NCBI GenBank assembly: GCA_918797485.1
Contig: CAKKNE010000004.1
Span: forward strand, 744,001-808,000
DNA from: Pelagomonas calceolata
Lineage: Eukaryota
DNA length: 64,000 nucleotides
Direction: 5' to 3'
Each line of letters begins with the position of its first letter. Position 1 is the first letter of the stretch. A program made the translations under genes and the position numbers. Below the pieces are notes generated by a model. The model had not been told where the DNA came from and made no database searches. It saw only the letters and a list, made by a program, of their open reading frames with translations. Of the stretch, positions 52,854-63,153 are shown piece by piece.

Positions 52854-54875
52854 ATGGAGGCGCCCCTAGTCGTCAAGAACTCACACCTGTCCCCCGTGCG
52901 TCGCGAGGCGCCCCCGATCGAGCCCGCGGACGAAGAATCGGTCATCGAACTTCCACCGGAGGTGCTCGCCCAGCAGCGCGTCGACGCGCTCGAAGCAAAA
53001 CTCGACGCGCTGCTGAAGGGCGGGCCTCGATATCAACCGGTAGTGAAGGACGAGCCACTTCCAGTGAAAGAGGCGTGGGGCCGCGCGGAGGGCTGCGCTG
53101 CGGTCTCCGCTTTATTTGATGCAAGGGCGCACGAAGTCTGCGATCTGCAACAGATGCAGGACATCGTCGGTTTACCACCTGTACCGGAAAGCCTCACAGC
53201 CTTCGTGCAGGCGCAGTTCCAGCTGACGTTCCGGAGCAAGCACATCACTGAGGAGAAGTTAGACGCGTTCTGTGCGTGTGTCGACGAAGCTATTGAAGCT
53301 TTACGACATTTCAAGGGCGAGGGCGAGCGGGGCCAGGCGCGAGCGGAGCGATTGGCATTGTTCCGAGACTCTCTGACATCATTACCATGTTTTGACAGCA
53401 TGGCTGTCATCTTACAATCACTAGCCAAGGACGGCAAGTTAGAGTCCATAGCGCAAGCGCTACCTCCGGTGGGCGATGTCATGGTACCCGTGCGCGGCGG
53501 GACATTAATTGCAAGACTCCCGAAGCTCGCGACCGACGACCCGCGGGGCCCGCCGCGCGTCATGTCCCTCCACGCGAAGACGTGCTCCATGACGACCGTG
53601 GTAAGGGCCTTGGCGGAGAGGGATATGCTGCCGGACGAGGAGGTGCTGCGGTACGTCTTGGACGAGCTTGATGTGGTGTCTGCGGACGCTCGTTCCGGCC
53701 CAGTCATGGTTGGCGGTGTCCTAAGGCAGCCCTCGCTCAATATTCTAGATGAGCTCCTAAGTGAAGCCGGTAGCAGACCGGGTACCGCTCTCACCGATTC
53801 GTCGTGGCGGCCAGGGACGGCTAATACGTTCCGAGGCATCGCGCGATGCGCCTCTGCTTTGAGTTCAAAGGCCAAGTCGCTGAAAAGTCGTTCTCGTAGT
53901 ACGATACCGGGAAGGGAGGAGCTGCCTCCGAACCTGATGCGGCTGAAGAAGGGCCTGTACGTCGAGCTACACTGGTTGTTAAGGCAGCTTTCGGGAGTGG
54001 AGGCGAGCCAGATGAGTTGTGCGGAGCTGATGTCATCATCAGTGGAGGAGGAAGAGGAAGACGACCTGCTGACGGCTGTAGAAGAGGAAGAAACGCCCGT
54101 GAAGAGGATGTCCACCGTCGCCGAGCGACGCGCCGCGGCCGAAGAATTACAAAGACGCATGGACGCCGAGTTCGGGCAACAACGGGAAGGGAGCGAGCTC
54201 AAGGGTGCGACCGGTGATGGTGCTCTATTGGAGGAGGAGCTCCATCCCGTCGAACGAGTACCGACGCCGGAACCTGTCGTGAGACCGAAAACGCCGGAGG
54301 AAGAGTACTGGGGCTGTGCGCATTCCCTGTTGGATGAGGGTGGCAGAGATGTCAGTTTCGAGGAGATCCGTACTTTAACATTCTTGCTGAGGAAAAGACG
54401 GCTGCTCACTGTTAATATACGACTGCCCAATTCTCGAACATCAACTTTGAGGTTCGGCATGCGGGAGACGGTGGGCGAATGTTTTTCGCGGCTCGGCAAG
54501 GCGCTGAAGCTAACGGTTGCGGAGAAGCGAGTCGCGCGGCTCTGCGACCTGCGAGGGCGGCCCTTCGCCCTATCAGATTTCATGGTCAAGCACGTGCCGC
54601 ACAACAACAGTACGTTATTATTATTGCCGCGTGCCGGTGCTCCGTGCGCGCCGCCGCTGCCTCCGTTAGAACCCGGGGAGGAGCCTGATATGTCGTACGT
54701 GAGGCACCTGCGCGAGGCGACTACTGAACTAGCACGGCACGATACCAAAGTGGACGTCAGGGATCGGTGGGGCCCGCAGAAGCCGCTGCCTTCCGCCGAG
54801 AAGCGGCATCCGCCAGCCGTTCTGGCCGTGGCGAAGGCTCGCAAAAGAAGGGCACGGTTAGTGAAATATAAGTGA
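52854..54875 (+). CDS. Hypothetical protein with possible C-terminal ubiquitin-like fold
   Basis: Long ORF; TVNIRLPNSRTSTLRFGMRETVGE resembles a beta-grasp start. Confidence 0.6.
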   Translation: MEAPLVVKNSHLSPVRREAPPIEPADEESVIELPPEVLAQQRVDALEAKLDALLKGGPRYQPVVKDEPLPVKEAWGRAEGCAAVSALFDARAHEVCDLQQMQDIVGLPPVPESLTAFVQAQFQLTFRSKHITEEKLDAFCACVDEAIEALRHFKGEGERGQARAERLALFRDSLTSLPCFDSMAVILQSLAKDGKLESIAQALPPVGDVMVPVRGGTLIARLPKLATDDPRGPPRVMSLHAKTCSMTTVVRALAERDMLPDEEVLRYVLDELDVVSADARSGPVMVGGVLRQPSLNILDELLSEAGSRPGTALTDSSWRPGTANTFRGIARCASALSSKAKSLKSRSRSTIPGREELPPNLMRLKKGLYVELHWLLRQLSGVEASQMSCAELMSSSVEEEEEDDLLTAVEEEETPVKRMSTVAERRAAAEELQRRMDAEFGQQREGSELKGATGDGALLEEELHPVERVPTPEPVVRPKTPEEEYWGCAHSLLDEGGRDVSFEEIRTLTFLLRKRRLLTVNIRLPNSRTSTLRFGMRETVGECFSRLGKALKLTVAEKRVARLCDLRGRPFALSDFMVKHVPHNNSTLLLLPRAGAPCAPPLPPLEPGEEPDMSYVRHLREATTELARHDTKVDVRDRWGPQKPLPSAEKRHPPAVLAVAKARKRRARLVKYK

Positions 54876-54937
54876 CACAAACTATCTATTTACACACTAG
54901 TGGCGCGGCGATGGCGTCGATGGCGTCGTAGGAAAGC

Positions 54938-55468
54938 CTACTTCCGCCGCGTCAGCTTCCTCTGATCTTTCTCAAGCCCAGCAAAGGCCCGCCGGCACTC
55001 CTGCAACCGCACAACGAGACTCTTGGCGTCGGCCATCGAGACGCCCCGCTCATCAGAGACCTGTAAAACGCCGAACCCCGCCCGATGAGCGGCCGCGATG
55101 TTCTCCCCGCGGTCGTCGACGAGAATCACGCAGCGCTTGTCTACCACACCCGCATTCTCCCTTATATTTTCGAGGGCCCGTACTTTGGCTGCGGGTACTC
55201 CACCCCCAATAAGATTGCGGAACGTCCAGGGCACGTTGCCGTCATAGCAGTAGTGGTCCTGCAGAGGAATATCGAGGAACTTCGTCAAGTAGGGGTCGCG
55301 GCAGTAGGATGCTGGTCTGGCCGTATTGACGGCGACCTTCGAGCCGAGGACCCGCGCGGCTCGCACCAACTCGTGGACGACGGCTGGGCTCGCCGTCGTG
55401 ATGGTGCCGTCAATATCCAACGCCAATGCGGAGGGGTTCGGCTTCAGGAGGGGTTCGGGTTGGCTCAT
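54938..55468 (-). CDS. HAD-superfamily hydrolase
   Basis: LDIDGT (motif I), NTAR (II), K (III), LVDD..NI (IV). Confidence 0.8.
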   Translation of the reverse strand: MSQPEPLLKPNPSALALDIDGTITTASPAVVHELVRAARVLGSKVAVNTARPASYCRDPYLTKFLDIPLQDHYCYDGNVPWTFRNLIGGGVPAAKVRALENIRENAGVVDKRCVILVDDRGENIAAAHRAGFGVLQVSDERGVSMADAKSLVVRLQECRRAFAGLEKDQRKLTRRK

Positions 55469-55778
55469 CGTTCCGGTTTTGGGCGGCGCGCGGGTTCAGG
55501 ACGTCGCGGCGGCGGCGCGTCGTGGCTTTTGACGGCTGCGCACCAGTTGATGTCGCGTCGGCGGCGTAGACTGCGGCTTTCGATCCTCGCCGCTCGTAAT
55601 TGCTCGCAAAGCGGTGCACAGTTTGGCAAGCTTGCACAGTCGCGCTGCGTGCTTTTTGCAAGCCACAAGCGAGCAGCACGGCTGGGTGGCTCTGTTATAG
55701 CTTACGCAAAAGCGAAACGAGCTGTTGGGCTTCACAGCGGCGTTACGAGCCGCTTGAACGTATGATGCGCCTGAGCTA

Positions 55779-55801
55779 GCTAGCGGCATGTAAGCCACTA
55801 G
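55779..55801. promoter_or_regulatory. CTAG-bounded upstream motif
   Basis: gctagcggcatgtaagccactag in the divergent gap 55468(-)/55996(+). Confidence 0.5.
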
Positions 55802-55995
55802 CGGCGATGAAAAACACTCGAGACGCATTGCTCGCTTGAGAGGCGCTGGGACAGATCGACCAGCTCTATAGAAGCATTCGAAGGTACCAAGCGCGGTGCA
55901 AGTGCTGCGACGCAGGGCAACACCCCTAACCAAGGCTGCACCAGGGCGGCTGCAGCAGCGTGCGGCGCAAAAACAGCAGCGCAAAAACGGCACGG

Positions 55996-57396
55996 ATGGC
56001 GGCCGTCATCGAAAAAGAACCAGAAATAGTCGACGAGTCCGACGGCGACGAAGAAGTCCCGGAAGATGCGTATGATGTGCTGGAAAGCGCCTTGTGCGGC
56101 GAGTATGGGAGCGACGGCCACAATGTCAATATGAGCCAGAGCGTCAAGAACGACGTCAAGAACGCGCAGCGCGCCGCCCACAAAGCTGCCAATATTGGCC
56201 TGTGCCAAGACACACGAGCGACGACGGAACAGGTCCTGGACCCGAGGACGCGGCTCATCCTGTTCAAGCTGCTGCAACGGAACGCCTTCGCCAAACTGGA
56301 GGGCTGCCTCTCGACGGGCAAGGAAGCGAATGTTTATTATGCCTTGTCCGGTGATGGACTACGGGACATCGAGGCCACAAAAGACATTCCCACAAATGCA
56401 CCTTTGGCCGTCAAGGTCTACAAGACGTCCATCTTAGTTTTCCGAGATCGACGAAGATATGTGGACGGCGAGCACCGCTTCGAGAAGGGCTACACGTCCG
56501 GCAAGAACCCGCGCAAGATGGTGCAATTGTGGGCGGAGAAGGAGCTGCGCAACTACAAGCGGCTCCACGCGCACGGCGTCCGAGCGCCGAGGCCCCTGCT
56601 GCTGAAGGGCCACGTTTTAGTGATGGAGTTCGTTGGTAGTCAAGGGTGGCCCGCGCCGCGACTCCACGACGCCTCCCTTTCTCCAGACGAGATGGAGGAT
56701 GCCTACGTCCAGACCTGTGTCGCGTTGAGAGCCATGTTCTCTAGATGCAAATTAGTCCATGGCGACTTCTCCGAATATAATTTATTATGGTTCGAGAATG
56801 AAATTGTAGTGATCGACGTCAGTCAGTCCGTGGAATGGGACCATCCGCGAGCTACGGAATTTCTGAGAAAAGATTGTGCCAATGTCCGAGACTTCTTCTC
56901 CCGCAAATGCGAGCGAGTTTTATCTGTCAAGGCGTTGTACGACTTCGTCATGCGAGACGGTGTTGCTGATGATGAGGGCATCCGAAGCGCGCTGGACATC
57001 GCGCGAAACAGTGACAGTGTCACAGACCAAGAGGATCGGGTCTTCATGGACGCCTTTTTACCTCGTTCATTACAAGATCTGGGCAGCTGGCCGGAGGCGG
57101 CCCAACGAGCTGTAGCTTCGGGAGACAACGAGACGGGTTTTGACGAAGCCGTGGGTGATTTGTTAGGTGCGAATGTTTGTTCAGATGACGACGCGTCGGC
57201 GGCGACGCGTTCTGAGAGTGATGAGGACGACGGCGTGCATGGTAGGTTGCCGGACCCAAGTGACGTCGCGGGTCGCGCGAGTGCCAAGGAGGCGAAACGG
57301 GCCGCCGCCAAGCTCCAGAAGGAGGAGCGCCGCGAGAAGCGGAAAACAAAGCTGAAGAAGCACCTCAAGAAGAAGGCTACGAAGCGGGGGAGGTAA
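55996..57396 (+). CDS. RIO1: RIO1 atypical Ser/Thr kinase
   Basis: ATTEQVLDPRTR, STGKEANVY, KVYKTSILVFRDR, WAEKE, LVHGDFSEYN, IDVSQSVE. Confidence 0.95.
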   Translation: MAAVIEKEPEIVDESDGDEEVPEDAYDVLESALCGEYGSDGHNVNMSQSVKNDVKNAQRAAHKAANIGLCQDTRATTEQVLDPRTRLILFKLLQRNAFAKLEGCLSTGKEANVYYALSGDGLRDIEATKDIPTNAPLAVKVYKTSILVFRDRRRYVDGEHRFEKGYTSGKNPRKMVQLWAEKELRNYKRLHAHGVRAPRPLLLKGHVLVMEFVGSQGWPAPRLHDASLSPDEMEDAYVQTCVALRAMFSRCKLVHGDFSEYNLLWFENEIVVIDVSQSVEWDHPRATEFLRKDCANVRDFFSRKCERVLSVKALYDFVMRDGVADDEGIRSALDIARNSDSVTDQEDRVFMDAFLPRSLQDLGSWPEAAQRAVASGDNETGFDEAVGDLLGANVCSDDDASAATRSESDEDDGVHGRLPDPSDVAGRASAKEAKRAAAKLQKEERREKRKTKLKKHLKKKATKRGR

Positions 57397-57474
57397 CACA
57401 TACTAACATTTAGGACCGCGCGTCGATGGCGTCAAGGTGGTGGAGACCCCACCGGCACGCCATCGCCGCGATCA

Positions 57475-59364
57475 CTAACCGTCCCACCCGTCGGCGACGC
57501 GGGGCGTCAGCAGCGTCCAAAGAGGCGCTTCTTCTTCAGAAGCGAGCCGCAGGGACGCGACATGAATGAAGGTGAAGCCCCGGTAGTCGCTTCCCACCGA
57601 GCCGCGGACGACGGCGAGCCGTCCGTCCATCCTTGACGACTCTCCAGGATAGTCACGACTCGCACACCCGCAGCACCGCCACTCGCATCGCATTGACGCC
57701 GTCCCGTCATCGAGCACGAAGGACCGCTCCACAACTTTCAAAGAGCCTTTCCGTTGCGCGTCCGCCCCGATCGTCGCCAGACGACCCAGGTCGATCGCCG
57801 CGCAGAGCGGGCACCGCCTCACTTGCGCGAGCTGGCTCCTTAACACTTCGGCGCCGTGCTGGCCTTGGAGGGGGAGGGCTTTCATTTCTTCGACGAAGGC
57901 GTAGCCGTTCGGGCCGGAAAACGCCGCCCGTCCGCAGACGCAAACCTCCTCGCCCTCCTGTAAATCCCTGGCGGCCTCGACACATACGCGGTAGGTCGAG
58001 CAGGGCGCCGGCGGCGTGCGCAATCGACTGGAAGCGTACTGCAGAGCGTCTCCTTCTATAATACGAGCCGCTCGACACCGCCGCGGTCTCACCCGAGAGA
58101 CGGCGACCAGCGCCGCGCCGACGACGCGCACCGTCTCTACTACATCTTCTTCGTCGTCCATGAACACGACGTCTCCACAAGACACGAAACAACCAAGGAG
58201 CGCTCGCGGATCGGCGCCGCCATCACCGCCTCCGCTCACCCACGGGTACGCGTCGCAGAAGGCCGGCGCGGCCCAGGCGCCCTCCACTAAATCTTCCGAG
58301 GGCGCCTTTACGAGAACGGGCCCCCGGTCCACGTCGTCGACGAGTAATAGGACGCCATCTGAGGCAACGCGGCGCACGTCGAGGACCTCGCCGAAGAGCG
58401 ACGCAGAGACCGCGTCGTCCAGCGCTTCTATCGTAATCGGCACACCGTCACCTACGCAGATGATTCTATGCCGGGCCGCCACGAGTATCTGATGAGACTG
58501 GTCGCGCGGTCGCTTCCGCAGGCCGCAGCCATCAATGGCCACAGACGCATTGAGAGGCAGCTCGTAGGCTTCCGAATGTGCTTTTAGTAGCACCGAGGTG
58601 GTTCTGCCTCGTAACACGGCGACGCCGTCTCGACGCGCGACGGTCCCGAAGACGACGGCGTCGACGCGGCCCGGGCGCGCGTCTTCGAGTAATGCGGCCT
58701 TCAGAGGCGCCTCGTCGTCGTCCCGCCGTGACGGGAAGAAGGCCGCGAGCAGGTCGTCATGCGCCGACCGTTTGAGCCCTCGCTTTGACACGACGCCTTG
58801 CAATAGTCTCCCAAGCTCGTGAGAACCCACATCCCCAAGCTCGCGCCGTGCCACAGTCTCCAGCGCGCGGTAGTCGGCCTCGGACGCGCCGCCGCGCAGC
58901 TTCGCCTCCAGATTGGTCTTGGGGAGCTCGTCGCCGTCGGCTCGCATGAACGCCGTCGCGCCGGCGACGTAGTTGCTCGCGGCCGTGACTTCGCAGCCAC
59001 GCAGCTCCACGATTTGACCGACCGCCGGCAGGGCGAATCGGCCGGCGAGGACGTGCTGGCCGCCTTGCAACCAAAAGCAGCCCCTCGTTTGCGAGACGCC
59101 CGCGACCTGTCCTCGGAGCCGGCACGGCGCGTCGTTCGCCTCTTCAATTGTGATGGTGGATGTCCTCTTTCGCGCGCGGTAGCACGGTCGCGTGGCGTTC
59201 TCCACGGCTGCGCGCGTGAGTCCGCGGCACGTCACGCGGTCGCCAAGCGTCGCGGCGCACTCGTCCGCTATTATGACAACGCGGCCGTCGATCTCGAGGA
59301 ACCAGCGGCCGCGGGCGTCGGGCCAGGCGCCGCGCTTTGTTACGACGCCCTCGGTTTGCTCCAT
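57475..59364 (-). CDS. Hypothetical multi-OB-fold-like protein
   Basis: Repeated beta-rich segments; CPLC; FVLDDGTASMRC..AVVRGSV OB-like signature. Confidence 0.5.
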   Translation of the reverse strand: MEQTEGVVTKRGAWPDARGRWFLEIDGRVVIIADECAATLGDRVTCRGLTRAAVENATRPCYRARKRTSTITIEEANDAPCRLRGQVAGVSQTRGCFWLQGGQHVLAGRFALPAVGQIVELRGCEVTAASNYVAGATAFMRADGDELPKTNLEAKLRGGASEADYRALETVARRELGDVGSHELGRLLQGVVSKRGLKRSAHDDLLAAFFPSRRDDDEAPLKAALLEDARPGRVDAVVFGTVARRDGVAVLRGRTTSVLLKAHSEAYELPLNASVAIDGCGLRKRPRDQSHQILVAARHRIICVGDGVPITIEALDDAVSASLFGEVLDVRRVASDGVLLLVDDVDRGPVLVKAPSEDLVEGAWAAPAFCDAYPWVSGGGDGGADPRALLGCFVSCGDVVFMDDEEDVVETVRVVGAALVAVSRVRPRRCRAARIIEGDALQYASSRLRTPPAPCSTYRVCVEAARDLQEGEEVCVCGRAAFSGPNGYAFVEEMKALPLQGQHGAEVLRSQLAQVRRCPLCAAIDLGRLATIGADAQRKGSLKVVERSFVLDDGTASMRCEWRCCGCASRDYPGESSRMDGRLAVVRGSVGSDYRGFTFIHVASLRLASEEEAPLWTLLTPRVADGWDG

Positions 59365-59496
59365 ACTCCCGCAGCGATGCGTTTCTCACTTTGACGCGTT
59401 GCGGTGCTGCGTTCTGGCATCCATGCGCTAGCCACAGCCAGCGGAACCAGGCGTAAGGCGACCAAAAGCTCTGCTGTGAATCGATCCTGCAGATTA

Positions 59497-59519
59497 GCTA
59501 GCGGCCTGTAAGACACTAG
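59497..59519. promoter_or_regulatory. CTAG-bounded upstream motif
   Basis: gctagcggcctgtaagacactag 133 bp upstream of 59364(-). Confidence 0.55.
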
Positions 59520-59759
59520 GAAACGGACGACGGTTCGGGGGGTTTGCCGAGGCGGTTTTGCTTACAACGAGGTACGCTGTTATGAGAAACGCGGCAGGCG
59601 CCCGCCGCCGATGAATCGGCGACGCGCGGTGTCCCGCCGGGGCCGCCGGGCCGAGGCACTCCGTCGTCGCCGCCGCCGCCGCCACCGAGGGAGATAAATA
59701 AGACTATGTAACAACACGATTAACTGGGGGAAGACCACAACTTGTGGAGTAGCATGTGA

Positions 59760-60773
59760 CTACGAGTCCGGCTTTTTTTGTCGCGGCCGCTTCGGCCGGC
59801 GCGGCGGCGGCGGCGCGATCCAGGGGAACCGGGCCCTATTAGGGCCGGTCATGAAGGCCGCGTGCTTCTCTAACAGTAGCGGTAGGCGCGGCGACGTCGC
59901 GGAGTGATGCCGCACGACACCGTGCAGCTCCGACACGCAGGCTTCGTACTGATCCCGAGGCACATATAAATCAAAGCCAAGCGCTCCCAGGAAGACGCGC
60001 TCCATGGCGTTGACGCGCTCGACGGGGACCGGCCGCTCGCCGGGTAGGACCCGTCCCCAGGCCACCGCGAAGTCGACGTTGCGCAGCGGCGTGTCGTCGT
60101 GGATTTTTTGCGCGACCATAACTGAGCATAAGAGTAAGCGCTGGCAGTTCCGCGGCGTCACCCGTAAGTGCGGATGGTACGAGAGTAGCCTCAAAACGTA
60201 CCTGTGCGCAAATCAATCAGTGAGTCGCATAGCAACAATTTGAATTCATGCACCGCGCGTAACATGAACGCGAGCACCGAGCATTCAGGCGTGTACATAC
60301 AGGTAGCGAACAACCGAAACATGAAGTCGTGGAGCACCTCAGTGTTTTGGGCGGGTACCTGTGTGGCACGGACGCCGTCGCGAAACTGCCGCCTCGACGG
60401 CGTCGCGGCGGTGCGGTCTCATGAAGACGCCGTCGACGAGAAACAGACGCGGAGTCCGCACGGGCGTCGCTGCCGAGGCATCTGGCCAGAACGCCCTTAG
60501 TTGTTGGGGCTCCTCCGCACCAGGGGGCGCGAGCATATACTCCACGAGCATGCAGATGCCCACGGTCTCGAGGGCCTCGACCTGGCCTGGTAATAGAGGC
60601 GCCGGCAGTTCCACGGAGTCGTCCGAGACGACCGGTTGACTGGGCGGGGCCGGTGGAGGCGAGGCGTCTCTCATCACCTCATCGTCCGCTATTTCTCTCT
60701 CCCAGTCATCTACCGTCTGTTGGCCTTTGGCCTTGGAGTTCTTGCGCTCCCATTGGTCGAGGAGGCGCTTCAT
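59760..60773 (-). CDS. Cyclin, PHO80/cyclin-U/Y-like; exons 60773-60462, 60358-60264, 60201-59760
   Basis: Spliced product ..PECSVLAFMYVLRLL..NCQRLLLCSVMVAQKIHDD..NVDFA..VNAMERVFLGALGFDLYV; both introns are GT-AG and frame-consistent. Confidence 0.8.
60202..60263 (-). mobile_element. Introner-like intron in the opposite internal orientation to 2084-2186
   Basis: + strand ctgtgcgcaaatcaatcagtgagt matches the end ctgtgtggaaatcaatcagtgagt that lies at the donor side of the 2084-2186 intron; here it forms the acceptor end. Confidence 0.75.
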
Positions 60774-61574
60774 CTTGTTCTGGTTGCGAAGCGGCCGCCG
60801 GCCGGCGTTACGAACAGATAAGGTTTTTAGCGAGTTACGGCGCTTCGCTGGCGCGCGAGGGTTTCTTTTTTTCAGCAGTGGGGTTCGCCCTTAGTACCCA
60901 CGGGTCTACGCGCCGCCGCGCGCTGGTGCATAGAGTGCTGCTCAGAGTGCAGCAGCAGTTTTGCCGGCGACGGTGCTTCCGGCGAGCGCTTACCACCGTT
61001 TTTCGTTGGGTGTGGGGCCACCCAGTTGGCTTTTCAGCCGCCTGCGCGCGTCACGCGACGCGGCGAGTCCCTTTTTATTGCGCCACCAAGCCCAGCAACC
61101 TGAGTGCCGTGCCGCCGCGCGAGCCGTTCAAGCATTTATATATACGCCCGGATTGGCTCTCCGATCGCGAGAATCGAGTTTTTTTCGTTGTTGAGGTGCA
61201 GGTGCAGGTCCGACTTGACTGGCTTGCTTGGGGCTGCCGCACAAGGGGACGCACACGGCCGCCTACCAGCCTCCCCGGCGCCACAGCTCGCGGGGAGTCC
61301 CGTCCGACCCGGCCGAGGCAGCCCCATCTGCCTGGGGGCTGCCTAGGTACGGCGGGCCGGTCGCGTCCGGCATGGGTGGGAGCCTGCCTCCGCCCCGCCG
61401 TCATCGCGTCCTTGTGATTTGTCTGGACGCCATCTTGCCCTACGAGGACGCCGGAGAGGGCAATCCGGTCGCGTCGATGGCGTCGAGTCCTGCCGTCGCC
61501 GCGCGACCGTGGTAAGATAGCGGCGGTCGTGGCGGCTAGGCGGCCTAGCTCTAAGCAAAGCAAGATAAAAACAT

Positions 61575-63023
61575 TTACTCCCCCCCGTACCGATACGCCA
61601 CGCGCCGCGCCGTCGCATTATAAAGGCCCCAGTACGCCTTGGCCTCGACGTCGTGGAAGACGTAGCCCTTTTCACCCAACGGCGCCGGCAACACACCAGC
61701 AGAAGGCGCGTGGACCTCATGAGCGTCGCCCAGAAACGCCGCCCAGAAGCTGAAGGTCGACTCCGTCACTACTAACCTTTTGGCCCGCGCCATATAGGCG
61801 AAATCGGCAGCTACTGATTTGGCGGTCGTCGGACTACCTCGCAGCCGAGGCTTGGCCACCTCGGCGTTCGGTACGTTCTCCAGCAGATCTTTCACAACAC
61901 CATTCCGTCGCGGGTTGCAGGCCGTCACGATCTTGATTCTTTTCGGTGGCGGTTGCAAGCGTGGTAAAACATGGGAAAAATAATTCTTCCAGCTGTAGTA
62001 CTTGTACTGGTGCACAGGGCCGTCACACAACCTAACATGGACCACGACGTCGTCACTGTCTGGTCGCTCCTCTAAATCACCATCTTGGACCCGCATCGCG
62101 TCTCGCAATTGCGGTCGTAGACCAGCATACAACGAGTAGCGCTGCCAGTACCCTAGCAACGAAATACATTGCGTGTCGTCCTGGAGCGACGAAGCGAAGT
62201 TCTGCACCTGCTTCGGGAAAGCCAACCGTCGAGAATCCGCCGGCCGCTCCACAAGTAGTAAAGTCCCTTTCTCCCTATACTGACTTTCCACAGGTATCAA
62301 CGGCGCACATTTCGCGTCGGCGTCCGCTTGGTAGCCGAGCGACGCCTTCCCAAACACGTCCGTGAAGGCCTTCCAGCCCTCGATCGTGTGCGGCGCGACG
62401 CGCTGCGGTTTTACGGGCCCCTCGTCCTCGCGCATCTTGCGCGCCGCGAACGCCGCCCCGGCATCGAGCGCCACGAGCTTGCCGAAGGCCCACTGGAACA
62501 ATTGATTGCCCAGGCCGTTGTGGTGGATGGCCACGACTATTTTTTTGGCATGCTGATCTGCGGCGGGCGGCCGCCACGTCGTCGCGTCGAAGGCGCAGGC
62601 CGCGTCGATGGCGCCCAGGTGGGCGTCGCGCTTCGACGAGGCCGGGCCTCGATGATGCGCGGCTTCCAAGACTAACAGTGCTCGGCAGAGGAATCCGCCT
62701 CTGTCCAAAGCGGTTTTGGTGAGTGGTCTCGCGGATGCGGAGGCCACGACGCGCTGGCAGCCTCTCGCATCTCGTCGACTTAAAGATGGTAAGGTGCAGC
62801 GTTTATTCACGGGCGGCCGTTGGACAGAAGGCGTCTGGAGGAGTTGGGCGGCCGCTCGGGCCAGAGCGTGGGCATCTTCCAGGGTCCTAGCTTCCAGCAC
62901 CTTCCGCGCGAGCTGGACGGCGCGGCCTTCTCGTGTAACGGGCTTCTCCTTTTTTTGCGACGAGCCGAACCACGACCTCTTCTCGGCCGCCGCCGCGGCC
63001 ACCAGGAGCAGCACGGCCCTCAT
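61575..63023 (-). CDS. GT11-like alpha-1,2-fucosyltransferase
   Basis: NGLGNQLFQWAF, GYWQ, VHVRLCD, DFAYM..ESTFSFWAAFL. Confidence 0.8.
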   Translation of the reverse strand: MRAVLLLVAAAAAEKRSWFGSSQKKEKPVTREGRAVQLARKVLEARTLEDAHALARAAAQLLQTPSVQRPPVNKRCTLPSLSRRDARGCQRVVASASARPLTKTALDRGGFLCRALLVLEAAHHRGPASSKRDAHLGAIDAACAFDATTWRPPAADQHAKKIVVAIHHNGLGNQLFQWAFGKLVALDAGAAFAARKMREDEGPVKPQRVAPHTIEGWKAFTDVFGKASLGYQADADAKCAPLIPVESQYREKGTLLLVERPADSRRLAFPKQVQNFASSLQDDTQCISLLGYWQRYSLYAGLRPQLRDAMRVQDGDLEERPDSDDVVVHVRLCDGPVHQYKYYSWKNYFSHVLPRLQPPPKRIKIVTACNPRRNGVVKDLLENVPNAEVAKPRLRGSPTTAKSVAADFAYMARAKRLVVTESTFSFWAAFLGDAHEVHAPSAGVLPAPLGEKGYVFHDVEAKAYWGLYNATARRVAYRYGGE

Positions 63024-63153
63024 TTGCGGTCCTCAATGCGGCATGCTGCCCCGCGCGCGCGGGCAGCCGTCTTCAGTAGAATGGTACGGACTTCGCGACG
63101 AGCGATGCCGCTGCGACGGCTCGCTGCGGCTGCGCGCAAATTTTCCTGGCTTT

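Noticed and set aside
2186..60263. Programmed frameshifts or pseudogenes as the explanation for split ORFs
   Set aside because: Each split is resolved by a canonical GT-AG intron that restores conserved motifs.
60774..61574. ORFs in the gap between the cyclin and GT11 genes
   Set aside because: No protein-like motifs or codon bias; the region looks like promoter/UTR with a hairpin repeat.
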